A program made the position numbers and the translations under genes. 64,000 bases of DNA from Dehalococcoidia bacterium (GTDB lineage Bacteria > Chloroflexota > Dehalococcoidia > Lucifugimonadales > Lucifugimonadaceae). The stretch covers positions 107,226 to 171,225 of the forward strand of contig CBDEVT010000002.1 of NCBI GenBank assembly GCA_965243825.1. The letters run 5' to 3'. The number at the start of each line of letters is the position of its first letter. Positions within the stretch are counted from its first letter, which is position 1. Positions 53,498 through 63,285 of this stretch are shown here, one piece after another. The notes beneath the pieces were generated by a model. That model ran no database searches. It was not told the origin of the DNA and saw only the letters and a list, made by a program, of their open reading frames with translations.

Positions 53498-54895
53498 GTG
53501 GAATCACTCGAATGGCGCACGATAGACCGATTTCTGATGGGAGAGGCTTGGGCTGGTTCGCGCATACCCGAGTACCGAGACTACCTTTGCCATGAGATCG
53601 GCCCTCGGTGGGGTGGTAGTGAAGCCGATTTACTGACCGCCGAGTACATTTGCCGTGAGATGGATTCGAACGGACTTACCGACGCCCGTCGCGAAGAATT
53701 CTCGCTGGATAGCTGGAACTTCACCGCCGCTAGTGCAACGGTAGTTGGCACTGGTGAAGAGCTCGAAATCAAGCCGTTCCTTCGTTGTCCACCAGTTGAT
53801 ATCAATGCTCGTGTGGTCGATCTGGGATATGGCACGCCGCGAGAGATCGACATCGCAGGTTCGTCAGTCAAAGACGCGATAGTTCTGATGACACTCGCAC
53901 CTGAACCATTTACGCCTCAGATCCCCCACACCGCACGACTGGCGGCTGCCGCAAAAAAGGGCGCTGTAGCCGCACTGGTCATCGAAGCCAAAACCGGCGG
54001 TCGTATGGAATACCGAAACGCAAACGACTGGCGGGCACCTGGTATCGCACCCCAGCCACTGCCGACTGTGAACATCGGATTTGAGACCGGAGGGCGCCTG
54101 AAACACCTGTCGGTCAGAGGAGCGACTCTGAACCTTAAGGTTGAATCCCGGTTCTTCAACACGCCTGCGAACAATGTGATCGCTGAGATTTCAGGAAATC
54201 GTTGGCCGGATGAACACGTAATCGTTGCCGGTCACCACGACACAGTTCTGGGCACACCGGGCGGAAATGACAACACTTCTGGGACCGTGGCAGTCATGGA
54301 GGCCGCCCGGGTACTGGCCACTCTGAAGCGTGAAACCGGAATTGGCCCCGGACGTACCATCAGGTTTGCGACGTGGTCTGGGGAAGAACAGGGCCTTCAA
54401 GGGGCATATGCATACGTGGCGAAACATCACGGAAAAGATGGGAAACTGTCGCCACCAAGGTTCGCGCTGAACCTGGATGAGCTTTCGACGGGACACATGA
54501 AAGGTGTCGTGGTCATGACAGAGCACATGCGCAACTTCATGCAGTCACAACTCGACACCATGTCAGACGGCCACGCATGTCACGTCCAGGGTCCTTTGGA
54601 TGCCCATTCCGATCATTTCCCATTTGTTCGTGCGGGCATTCCGGCCGGAATTCTGTGGCGCTGGAGGTTTGCTGGACGGCATTCAACTTCAGAGTTCCAT
54701 CACGAGGTCGGCGATTCGGCACAGAAACTTAATGTGCGAGAGCTGAAGGAATATGTGGGGCAGATTGCTCGATTGATGTTACGGCTGTCTCACGTTGCGC
54801 CTGAAGACTGGCCTGAGAATCCGCATACTGCGGATGAGATGGAACGGCGTGCCATAGCAGAGATCGGTACGCATTCTCCGACCTTTCACGGATAG
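53498..54895 (+). CDS. M28-family aminopeptidase with PA domain
   Basis: 'VAGHHDTV', 'GGNDNTSGTVAVMEAARVL', 'WSGEEQGLQG', 'HSDHFPF'. GTG 53498 is preceded by GGAG (53488-53491). The track start at 53429 lies inside the upstream terminator. Confidence 0.85.
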   Translation: MESLEWRTIDRFLMGEAWAGSRIPEYRDYLCHEIGPRWGGSEADLLTAEYICREMDSNGLTDARREEFSLDSWNFTAASATVVGTGEELEIKPFLRCPPVDINARVVDLGYGTPREIDIAGSSVKDAIVLMTLAPEPFTPQIPHTARLAAAAKKGAVAALVIEAKTGGRMEYRNANDWRAPGIAPQPLPTVNIGFETGGRLKHLSVRGATLNLKVESRFFNTPANNVIAEISGNRWPDEHVIVAGHHDTVLGTPGGNDNTSGTVAVMEAARVLATLKRETGIGPGRTIRFATWSGEEQGLQGAYAYVAKHHGKDGKLSPPRFALNLDELSTGHMKGVVVMTEHMRNFMQSQLDTMSDGHACHVQGPLDAHSDHFPFVRAGIPAGILWRWRFAGRHSTSEFHHEVGDSAQKLNVRELKEYVGQIARLMLRLSHVAPEDWPENPHTADEMERRAIAEIGTHSPTFHG

Positions 54896-54898
54896 ACC

Positions 54899-55159
54899 AT
54901 GAGAGAACGACACAACTGGGCAACTGGGAAGCATCCCAAGACCTGCACCTGCGCCACATGCCAGCAAAGGCGGGCAGAAGCTCTGCTACCTAAGCCCAAG
55001 AAGAAGAGAAAGCCGAAATCTCAACGAGGCAAAAAGGGCAAAAAGCGCCAAGAGGAGACCTCTTCATCGGCTATAGGCGAGGCAATGGAAATATTCGGCT
55101 TTTCGTCCGAGCCGAACGAAGAGAACGGTGAGCAACAAGGAAACAACTCTCGTGACTGA
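54899..55159 (+). CDS. Hypothetical small lysine-rich protein
   Basis: 86-aa ORF filling the gap between two genes: 'HPKTCTCATC' then 'KPKKKRKPKSQRGKKGKKR'. No homology recognised and the RBS is weak. Confidence 0.35.
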   Translation: MRERHNWATGKHPKTCTCATCQQRRAEALLPKPKKKRKPKSQRGKKGKKRQEETSSSAIGEAMEIFGFSSEPNEENGEQQGNNSRD

Positions 55160-56216
55160 GAAACGTAAATCTCGCATTGGATTTATCGGTGCCGGTTGGT
55201 GGGCCACGACTAATCACATGCCGGTTCTCGCAGACCACCAGGACGTCGAAATGACGGCTGTCTGTCGGCTCGGCGCTGACGAGTTGCAGCAGGTCAAGCA
55301 ACGATTCGGCTTCGTCTATGCCACCGAGGATTATCGTGAGTTGTTGAGTATGGATTTGGACGCGATTGTGGTCAGCACCCCACATTCGATGCACCACGAA
55401 CATGCGCTGGCAGCGATCGAGCGCGGCCTGCATGTCATGTGCGAGAAACCGTTAACAACATCAGCCGACCACGCCAGGGGACTTGTCGAAGCGGCTGAAC
55501 GAAAAGGCGTTCACCTGCTCGTGCCTTATGGTTGGCACTACGCGCCGTTCATTCAGGAAGCCAGGCGCCGGATGGAGCAAGGTGCTGTCGGCAACATCGA
55601 GTTCGTCATGTGTCACATGGCATCGCCGATCCGGAAGCTGCTGGAGGGAAAACGGTTCATTTCTGACGGTGGCGGCGAAGGTGAAGTCATGTTCGAACCC
55701 GGCGCAGCGACCTGGGCCGATCCGCAGGTGGCTGGAGGCGGTTACGCGCTCGCTCAGATGTCGCATTCAGTTGGGATGGCAGCGTGGCTCACTGAACTGC
55801 GTGGCAAGTCAGTGGCGGCTCTGACGTCCTCACCGACGAGCGAAGTCGAACTTTACGATGCCTTCTCAGTCGAGTTCACAACGGGCGCTATCGGCTCGTT
55901 CTCAGGCGCTGGAAACATGCCGGAAGACACCGGGTTCCAGCTGGATCTGCGGATTTTCGGTTCCGAAGGTGTGATGAGCATCGATTGTGACCGTTCCCGG
56001 TTGGCTGTCCAGCGGCACGATGGTGACCATTTTGAGATGCAGCTCGATGGCAATGCCGGTGAATACAGAGGTGGTGGCCCGCCTGCCAACTTTGCCGATC
56101 TGATTGCGGGCAAAACAGACACTAACTTCGCACCCGGGTGGGCAGGGATGGCCGCAATTGAGATCATCGACGCGGCCTATCGTTCCGCCATTTCAGGCAA
56201 ACGGGAAACCGTTTAG
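55128..56216 (+). CDS. Gfo/Idh/MocA-family NAD(P)-dependent oxidoreductase
   Basis: 'RIGFIGAGWWATTNHMPVL' Rossmann N-terminus and 'EKPL' motif. GTG 55152 is an alternative start. Confidence 0.85.
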   Translation: MSNKETTLVTEKRKSRIGFIGAGWWATTNHMPVLADHQDVEMTAVCRLGADELQQVKQRFGFVYATEDYRELLSMDLDAIVVSTPHSMHHEHALAAIERGLHVMCEKPLTTSADHARGLVEAAERKGVHLLVPYGWHYAPFIQEARRRMEQGAVGNIEFVMCHMASPIRKLLEGKRFISDGGGEGEVMFEPGAATWADPQVAGGGYALAQMSHSVGMAAWLTELRGKSVAALTSSPTSEVELYDAFSVEFTTGAIGSFSGAGNMPEDTGFQLDLRIFGSEGVMSIDCDRSRLAVQRHDGDHFEMQLDGNAGEYRGGGPPANFADLIAGKTDTNFAPGWAGMAAIEIIDAAYRSAISGKRETV

Positions 56217-56383
56217 TGTGATGAGGCGCTGCTCCTGCAACCTGCCGGAAGGTTGCGGATTGGCGTTCGTGGCATCCGTGTGCGACTATCACGTCCAGCC
56301 CCGCACCGTATGAGGAACCTGAAGCCAGCAAGGCTCAGGCTCCGTAGCACTGTCAAACGCCACCAATCTACGGATGTCCCGCG

Positions 56384-57910
56384 ATGCCAACTTCTCGTCG
56401 TCCCAAACTCGCTCGGACAATCGGTGAACTCAAAAAGACCGGTTACAAACCGCGGTCTGTCCGAGAAGAGATTCACACCAATGTCGTTGAGCGTCTGAAA
56501 TCAGGCCAATCACTTCTGCCCGGTATCGTCGGGTACGAGACGACGGTGGTTCCTGAGTTGGAAAACGCTCTTCTGGCAGGGCAGAGCATCGCGATGCTCG
56601 GCGAACGAGGACAGGGGAAGTCGCGGCTGATACGTTCACTGACGCAATTTCTGGACGAGTACGTTCCCGCGCTTCCTGGTACTGAAACTAATGACGATCC
56701 TCTTTCTCCGATCTCCGCTGCCGGAAAGGCCATGGTCGCAGACAGCGGTGAAGAAACTCCGATCGAGTGGCTCCACCGTGATGAACGGTATGGGGAGAAG
56801 CTCGCAACACCAGATGTGACGATGGCGGACCTGATCGGAGATGTTGATCCGATAAAGGTCGCGGAAGGACGTTACCTGAGTGATGAACTGACCATTCACT
56901 ATGGCCTGATTCCGCGCACCAACCGCGGGATCTTTTGCGTGAATGAGTTGCCTGACCTTGCGGAACGTATTCAGGTTGGCCTGTTCAACCTGATGGAGGA
57001 GCAGGATGTTCAGATTCGCGGATACAACATCCGATTGCCTCTCGACATCATGGTTGTTGCCACCGCCAATCCCGAGGACTACACGAACCGAGGTCGAATT
57101 ATCACACCGCTTAAGGACCGTTTCGGCGCCCAGATCCGTACGCACTACCCGCAGACCACTGAGCATGAGAGAAGCATAGTTGAGCAGGAGAGTGCTCATT
57201 TCGAAGATGCAGGGATCAAAGTGGTTGTGCCCGAATTCATGTCAGAGATAGTGGCTGAGCTGAGCCACCAGGCGCGTCGTAGTGGTGAAGTAAATCAACG
57301 GTCAGGTGTCAGCGTTCGCTTATCCATTGCCAACCAGGAGACGCTGCGCAGTGCCGCCTTGAAACGCGGTTTAGCGCTTGGAGAGGATTGCGCCTCACCT
57401 CGAATCACCGACCTGCCTGCTTTAGCTTCTTCAATGCGGGGCAAGATCGAGCTAGAGACGTTTGAGGAAGGGAGGGAAGATCGTGTAGTTGAGGATCTGA
57501 CGAAGCGAGCGGTGGCTGAGGTTTTCGGTCGTACTGTAAACGGCGCGCATCTTGCCAGGGTGGTGAGCAGCTTCGAGTCAGGCGAGACTGTCGAGGCGAG
57601 TGCAACAAGACGATCTTCTGATTACGCAGGCCGACTTGGTGCAGTTCCCGCTCTCGCGGAGATCGTGACTGATCTGTCCTGCGACGGCTCAGAGGCCGAG
57701 ACAGCTTCGGCTATCGAATTCGTACTTGAGGGCCTTCACCTGACACGCCAGCTAAATCGCGATGTAGTAGATGGCGGATTCAGGTACGTTAAAGAGCCGC
57801 CGCAGCCAGACCCATCATCCATGTCTGGACTCGCGGATGCGTTTGATGACGAGCGCCGCGCTGAGCTCCGAAGAAGACTGCAACAACGGCGGAGGCGCAA
57901 CCGGGAGTAG
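56384..57910 (+). CDS. AAA+ ATPase, Mg-chelatase ChlI/BchI-like
   Basis: Walker A 'LGERGQGKS'. Walker B-like 'GIFCVNELPDL' (NE rather than DE). Sensor region 'VVATANPEDY'. 508 aa. Confidence 0.75.
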   Translation: MPTSRRPKLARTIGELKKTGYKPRSVREEIHTNVVERLKSGQSLLPGIVGYETTVVPELENALLAGQSIAMLGERGQGKSRLIRSLTQFLDEYVPALPGTETNDDPLSPISAAGKAMVADSGEETPIEWLHRDERYGEKLATPDVTMADLIGDVDPIKVAEGRYLSDELTIHYGLIPRTNRGIFCVNELPDLAERIQVGLFNLMEEQDVQIRGYNIRLPLDIMVVATANPEDYTNRGRIITPLKDRFGAQIRTHYPQTTEHERSIVEQESAHFEDAGIKVVVPEFMSEIVAELSHQARRSGEVNQRSGVSVRLSIANQETLRSAALKRGLALGEDCASPRITDLPALASSMRGKIELETFEEGREDRVVEDLTKRAVAEVFGRTVNGAHLARVVSSFESGETVEASATRRSSDYAGRLGAVPALAEIVTDLSCDGSEAETASAIEFVLEGLHLTRQLNRDVVDGGFRYVKEPPQPDPSSMSGLADAFDDERRAELRRRLQQRRRRNRE

Positions 57911-57912
57911 CC

Positions 57913-59952
57913 GTGGCCTATTACCGTTACTCAAAATGGGACGGCAGCCAGGAACCGTTCGCGGCAGATGCGGGCGAACTGTTCGATGAAATCGCCGACT
58001 CGATCTTCGAATCAGGCGATCTTGAATCTGCGCTCAACGAGCTCATTCGATCAGGCATGCAGTCGCCTGATGGGCGTCAGGTGCCAGGCTTGCAGGATTT
58101 GATCAACCAGATTCGTGAGCAACGCAACCGGCAGATCCAGAAGTTCGACATGGACTCTGTTATGGCTGATCTGCGTGAGCGGGTCAGGGAGGTGGAGCGC
58201 CACGAACGCAACGGCGCGAGCACCAGCGTGCGACAGGCCGAGGAGCGCATGAAAGATGTTCCGGCCGACCTGCAGGAGCAGATGCAATCAGCACTTGATC
58301 TGGTTGAGCGACGGGCGGAAGCCGCGCAGAAGAAGATGGACAACCTGCCACCCAGCGTAGCTGGTGCTGTAAGAGAGCTGAATGACTACGACTTTATCGA
58401 TCCCACGGCACGTGAGAAGTTTCAGGAAATCCTGAAAATGTTGCGCAGGCAGATGATCGGTAACGTTGCCAAAGAGGCTGCACAGAATCTCCAACAGATG
58501 GGCGACGCAGAGAAATCGGAACTTCGAGAGATGATGAAGGCCATGAGCAACCTCATGGAACAGAAACTCCGCGGGGCACCGGAGGATCAGCTGCAATCAG
58601 GGTTCGAGGAGTTCATGGAGCGTTTCGGACAGCACTTCGCAAACGATCCGCCGAAGAACCTTGATGAACTTCTTGATCACATGCAGCAACAGATGGCCCA
58701 GGCGCAGTCTTTGATGGCCGGCATGTCTCCGGAAGAGCAACACCAGCTCATGGAATCGCTTATGGCGTCGATGGACGAGGAGACCCTGAAGGAGATGGCA
58801 CGAATGGCGGCGCTCCTCCAGCAGCTCAGACCACCAGACGAACTGGCTCGCGCCTACCCCTTCATGGGTGACGAGTCTTTGACGCTCGATCAAGCCATGG
58901 AGATGATGGGCCAGTTACAGAAGATGGACCTGATGGAGCGATCCATTCAACAGGCCGGTAGGACAGGTAATCTCGACTCCATCGACACGGAGCAGCTTGG
59001 CGAGATGATTGGTGACGATGCCAAACGGACGATCGATCAGCTCGGAGATGTTGCCCGTGCACTGGAAGAGCTTGGTCTGATACGGAAGTCCGGTGACACC
59101 TGGGAGTTAACCCCGAAGGCGGTCAGAAGGCTCGCAGACAAAGCGCTGCGGGAGGTGTTTGGCAGTCTCGGTAAGGCCAACGTCGGCGGACATCGGATCT
59201 CAGAATCGGGCCACGGCGGTGAACTAACCGGAGATACCAGGCGTTATGAACCGGGCGAACCGTTCCATCCGAATCTGAACAGTTCATTGATGAACGCTGT
59301 ATTCAGGGCCGGACCGAAGAGTCCCGTGACATTTGAGGTGGAAGACTTCGAGGTTGATCGAACCGAACACACAGTCAGCGCCGCTACCGTCCTATTGCTC
59401 GACCAGAGCAGCTCGATGTTTAACGGAGGACGCTGGGCTGCCGCTAAAAAGGTCACGATGGCGTTGCAATCCCTGATACAGGGACAGTTTCCGCGGGATC
59501 GCCTGTTCATCGTTGGCTTTTCAGACCATGCTGAAGAGGTCCGGTTCTCGGAACTTCCTGAGCTTCAGCCGAACATTTGGCTGCAGGGTACGAACATGCA
59601 CCACGCACTCATGCTCGCCCGGCGTATCCTCACCAAAGAACGTGCCGGTACAAGACAGATCATCATGGTGACGGATGGCGAACCAACCGCTCACATTGAA
59701 GACGGCGTTCCGCAGTTCAACTATCCGCCAAGTCGTCGGACCATAAGCCTCACACTGGATGAAGTCCGCCGATGCACATCGGCCAGAATCGTGATCAATT
59801 CGTTCATGCTGGAACGGACCAGCTACCTGACCCAGTTCATCGACTACGTGTCACGCATTAACCGAGGCCGTGCGTTCTACACCACGCCTGATGACCTTGG
59901 TGATTATGTATTAGTCGATTACATCAACAACAGACGAAAACGAGTTGCCTGA
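57913..59952 (+). CDS. von Willebrand factor A (VWA) domain protein with long helical N-terminal region
   Basis: C-terminal VWA with MIDAS 'LLLDQSSSM' and 'MVTDGEPT'. About 450 aa of Q/E/M-rich predicted helices. It starts 2 nt after the AAA+ stop. Confidence 0.8.
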   Translation: MAYYRYSKWDGSQEPFAADAGELFDEIADSIFESGDLESALNELIRSGMQSPDGRQVPGLQDLINQIREQRNRQIQKFDMDSVMADLRERVREVERHERNGASTSVRQAEERMKDVPADLQEQMQSALDLVERRAEAAQKKMDNLPPSVAGAVRELNDYDFIDPTAREKFQEILKMLRRQMIGNVAKEAAQNLQQMGDAEKSELREMMKAMSNLMEQKLRGAPEDQLQSGFEEFMERFGQHFANDPPKNLDELLDHMQQQMAQAQSLMAGMSPEEQHQLMESLMASMDEETLKEMARMAALLQQLRPPDELARAYPFMGDESLTLDQAMEMMGQLQKMDLMERSIQQAGRTGNLDSIDTEQLGEMIGDDAKRTIDQLGDVARALEELGLIRKSGDTWELTPKAVRRLADKALREVFGSLGKANVGGHRISESGHGGELTGDTRRYEPGEPFHPNLNSSLMNAVFRAGPKSPVTFEVEDFEVDRTEHTVSAATVLLLDQSSSMFNGGRWAAAKKVTMALQSLIQGQFPRDRLFIVGFSDHAEEVRFSELPELQPNIWLQGTNMHHALMLARRILTKERAGTRQIIMVTDGEPTAHIEDGVPQFNYPPSRRTISLTLDEVRRCTSARIVINSFMLERTSYLTQFIDYVSRINRGRAFYTTPDDLGDYVLVDYINNRRKRVA

Positions 59953-60009
59953 ACGAGCGGCGAGACATTCCGGCCCTAAACGCAGGGAGTACAAACGGCT
60001 AACGTTCGC

Positions 60010-60046
60010 TTAACAATTGGCTGGCAGCTTTAAAGTGCCCTTAACA
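60010..60046 (+). promoter_or_regulatory. Possible Pho-box-like direct repeats upstream of the response regulator
   Basis: TTAACA at 60010 and 60041, with weaker hexamers CTGGCA (60021) and TTTAAA (60029), roughly in helical phase. Confidence 0.25.
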
Positions 60047-60100
60047 ACAGCCCGGATAGGACAACGATCAGGAAACTGGAACCGTACCGAGTTACACAGA

Positions 60101-60847
60101 ATGAATCTGAGCAACAGCCAGACCTCTGAGCAGTACGCAGTAGAGGCGTCGCGAAGCACGGTGCTCCTGGTTGAAGATGATCGGAATCTCCAGGAGGCCA
60201 TTCGCTACAACCTTGTCGCGGAAGGCTATGAAGTGTTCGTGGCAGGAGATGGTGAAAAGGCTCTCTCGCTGGCACGTCAGCACCAGCCGGATCTTCTTGT
60301 ACTGGACCTGATGCTGCCGGAAATCAGCGGAATTGAAGTCTGTCGTGCGCTCCGGCGTGAAGGTCTTACGTCTTCAGTCATCATGCTTACAGCCCGAGAT
60401 TCCGAAGTCGACAGGGTCGCTGGCCTGGAGGTCGGCGCTGACGACTACGTTGTAAAGCCGTTTTCCATGCGGGAGCTACTCGCCAGAGTCAGCGCTCAGT
60501 TGCGACGAACGGCACTGCTCAACCGTTCGGCGTCATCACGTGAGAGTGACGTCGTGGAGGCAGCTGGAGTTCGGATTGATCGCGCTGCGCGGCGAGTTAC
60601 TCTTGCCGGTAAAGAGATTGACCTGAGGCCAAGAGAGTTCGACCTGCTTGCCTTTTTAGCAGCGCGTCCGGGGCGAGTGTATTCTCGTGACCAGTTGTTG
60701 CAGGAGGTCTGGGGATTTGACTACAGCGGAGACACAAGAACCGTTGATGTGCACGTCCGCTGGTTGCGCCTCAAAATTGAGGAAGATCCGTCGTCGCCAA
60801 TCAGACTTCAAACAGTCCGCGGAGTCGGTTACAGATTTAGCGCCTGA
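60101..60847 (+). CDS. OmpR/PhoB-family response regulator (PhoP/PhoB-like)
   Basis: Receiver 'VLLVEDD...LLVLDLMLPEISG...VKPF', winged helix 'VRGVGYRF'. Start taken at ATG 60101; the track start at 60017 adds 28 non-homologous residues. Confidence 0.9.
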   Translation: MNLSNSQTSEQYAVEASRSTVLLVEDDRNLQEAIRYNLVAEGYEVFVAGDGEKALSLARQHQPDLLVLDLMLPEISGIEVCRALRREGLTSSVIMLTARDSEVDRVAGLEVGADDYVVKPFSMRELLARVSAQLRRTALLNRSASSRESDVVEAAGVRIDRAARRVTLAGKEIDLRPREFDLLAFLAARPGRVYSRDQLLQEVWGFDYSGDTRTVDVHVRWLRLKIEEDPSSPIRLQTVRGVGYRFSA

Positions 60848-60877
60848 ACTCCGTCACTGGGACTGGAACCCTTCGAG

Positions 60878-62236
60878 ATGAGTTCCTGGCCACTGAGATG
60901 GCGCATTCTCCTTGAGGCAGCGATTCTGGTCGTCGCTGTAGCCATCGCCACCACCTTTTTCGACATCACAGGAACCGTGATCGTAGGTCTGTTCGCGATC
61001 GCGGCGAGTGCCTACCGCGCTCGCCATCTAAGTTCGCAGTTCAGTCGAATGACGGAATCTGTGCTGCGAACCGCAACAATCGATCGATCCCACCGTCTCA
61101 ACCCTGAAGGTCCATCTGAACTCAGCAGGATGGCTCGAGCTGTCAACCGGTTATCCGACCGTTTGGTGGCGGCCACCCAGGAAGCCGATCAGGAGCGGGC
61201 CAGGCTTCTGGCGATTCTTGAGTCGATGGCAGAAGGCGTGCTGCTGGTGGATGCAGATGGGATTGTTGAGTTCGCCAATCCGACAGCGGTTCATCTCCTG
61301 GGCCCGGAAGCTGAGTACAGGCCCGGCGAACGGCTGATTACCCTCAATAACAACTACGACCTGAACCAGCTTGCGTTATTGCCAATCGAAACGGGAGGTC
61401 CGGGTAGTGCCCAGTTCGAGATCAGAGCATCCAATCGCACGGTTCAGGCGATAGCATCGCCTCTCGATGACCGCGGCGGCCAGACCAAATCCGTGGTGAT
61501 TCTCACCGACATCACGGAGATAAAGAAGACAGAAACGACACGTCGCGAATTCGTCAGTAACGCGTCGCATGAACTCAGGACTCCTGTTGCGGCAATCAGG
61601 GCGGCTGCAGAAACGCTCCAACGAGGGGCCGCCGACGATCCTGCTGCTCGCGAAGATTTCCTGAATCGCATACTCGAAGATAGCGCGCGAGTCGAACAGA
61701 TGGTGAAGGAGATGCTGGAGCTTTCGAGACTCGAATCAGGTCAGACCGTTCTCAACGTCGACGAGATCCATGTAGAACAGTTCCTGAACGACATAGCCGA
61801 GCGTTTTGCAGTGGTCGCCGAGCAATCAGGAGTGATGATTTCAGTCGAAGTGGCCGATGAATCCGTAGCTATCAGTGCTGACGCAAGTCAACTTGAACAT
61901 GTCTTCAGCAACCTGGTTACGAATGCTCTCAAGGCAGTCTCAGAAGACGGCAGGATCAAAATCTCGGCATCGAATCAGGACGGGCAGTTGCTATTCCAGG
62001 TGAAGGACAACGGCATAGGGATTCAACCGGCGCATCTGCCCCATGTTTTCGAACGTTTTTACAAGACCGACTATGCCCGAAGTGAAGGTGGATCCGGCCT
62101 TGGTCTGGCGATCGCGAAACATATCGTTGAAGCACATGACGGAGTGATCACGGTGGAAAGCCAGTACGGGACGGGAACCGTGTTTTCGATCCGATTGCCT
62201 GCCAACGAATCGAGTATGCCTGGTGAATCAGCCTAG
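60878..62236 (+). CDS. Sensor histidine kinase (PhoR-like: TM, HAMP, PAS, HisKA, HATPase)
   Basis: H-box 'SHELRTPV', N-box 'LVTNALKA', 'DNGIGI', 'GGSGLGLAIAK'. Confidence 0.9.
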   Translation: MSSWPLRWRILLEAAILVVAVAIATTFFDITGTVIVGLFAIAASAYRARHLSSQFSRMTESVLRTATIDRSHRLNPEGPSELSRMARAVNRLSDRLVAATQEADQERARLLAILESMAEGVLLVDADGIVEFANPTAVHLLGPEAEYRPGERLITLNNNYDLNQLALLPIETGGPGSAQFEIRASNRTVQAIASPLDDRGGQTKSVVILTDITEIKKTETTRREFVSNASHELRTPVAAIRAAAETLQRGAADDPAAREDFLNRILEDSARVEQMVKEMLELSRLESGQTVLNVDEIHVEQFLNDIAERFAVVAEQSGVMISVEVADESVAISADASQLEHVFSNLVTNALKAVSEDGRIKISASNQDGQLLFQVKDNGIGIQPAHLPHVFERFYKTDYARSEGGSGLGLAIAKHIVEAHDGVITVESQYGTGTVFSIRLPANESSMPGESA

Positions 62237-62241
62237 GAGAT

Positions 62242-62258
62242 TTAACAATCCCTTAACG
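62242..62258 (+). promoter_or_regulatory. Putative Pho box (PhoP-type direct repeat)
   Basis: TTAACA-atccc-TTAACG: two hexamers with 11-bp periodicity, matching the Bacillus-type TT(A/T/C)ACA-N5 repeat. It lies about 70 nt upstream of pstC. Confidence 0.35.
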
Positions 62259-62328
62259 GTCGTCTAGAACCATTCGCAACGACGCAGCGCGCCGAATTGG
62301 AGTTCCTAAGGGATATCAGGCAGATTCT

Positions 62329-63285
62329 GTGATAGCCGACAAGACAGCCAGCAGATCGAGCGGCAATGCACGAGAGCTGGACATCAAGCTCCGACGCAAC
62401 CGGTCCCGACGTCATCTCGAACAGCGAATCGTTGTCTGGTCACTGCGTCTCACCGCGATAATCTCGATTCTTACCACAGTCGGCATCCTTGTCTCACTGC
62501 TACGCGATGCTGTTGGCTTCTTTATTGAGATCCCGATCTGGGAATTCCTGTTTGGAACCGAATGGACAGCCCTATTCGTTCCGCAGAAGTTTGGCGTGCT
62601 GCCGCTTGTTGCTGGAACGCTTCTGGTTGCTGTTGTTGCCGGAGTAATCGCGCTGGCACTCGGAATGGGTGCTGCGATATTCCTTTCTGAGTACGCACCT
62701 GACAGAGTGCGGAGAACACTGAAGCCGGTCCTCGAGGTACTCGCTGGCATTCCAACTGTTGTGTACGGGTTCTTTGCGCTGAACTTCATCACCCCGCAAC
62801 TTCAGAACATTTTTCCTGATCTGATCATTTTCAACGCACTCAGCGCGGGAATTGTGATGGGGCTGATGATCATGCCCATGGTTTCTACGCTGTCCGAAGA
62901 CGCTATGGTTTCTGTGCCTTCTTCGCTGAGAAATGCTGCCTACGCCCTTGGCGCCACGAGGTTTGAAGTCGCGACAAAGGTCGTGGTCCCTGCCGCGCTA
63001 TCGGGCATCGTAGCCTCGCTGATACTTGCAGTGTCACGTGCGATTGGCGAAACGATGATCGTGTTCATCGCCGCAGGATCTCTGCCTAACTTGACCGCAA
63101 ATCCGCTTGAGCCGATACAGACCATGACCGCGTACATCGCGCAGGTCGCGACCGGTGAAACTGAACAGGGTTCACTGGTCTTCAAGAGCATCTTCGCTGT
63201 GGGCACCTTGCTCTTCGTCATGACGCTTGGGATGAACATCCTTGGGCGCTGGTTCGTCGCACGATACAGGCAGAGGTACGAATGA
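62329..63285 (+). CDS. pstC: Phosphate ABC transporter permease
   Basis: Polytopic, '[22 protein letters not shown]', followed by pstA with an ATGA overlap. GTG start. Confidence 0.92.
   Translation: MIADKTASRSSGNARELDIKLRRNRSRRHLEQRIVVWSLRLTAIISILTTVGILVSLLRDAVGFFIEIPIWEFLFGTEWTALFVPQKFGVLPLVAGTLLVAVVAGVIALALGMGAAIFLSEYAPDRVRRTLKPVLEVLAGIPTVVYGFFALNFITPQLQNIFPDLIIFNALSAGIVMGLMIMPMVSTLSEDAMVSVPSSLRNAAYALGATRFEVATKVVVPAALSGIVASLILAVSRAIGETMIVFIAAGSLPNLTANPLEPIQTMTAYIAQVATGETEQGSLVFKSIFAVGTLLFVMTLGMNILGRWFVARYRQRYE

Noticed and set aside
60017-60100. 28-codon extension of the response regulator
   Set aside because: It is not homologous to receiver domains, and ATG 60101 gives a normal-length N-terminus.
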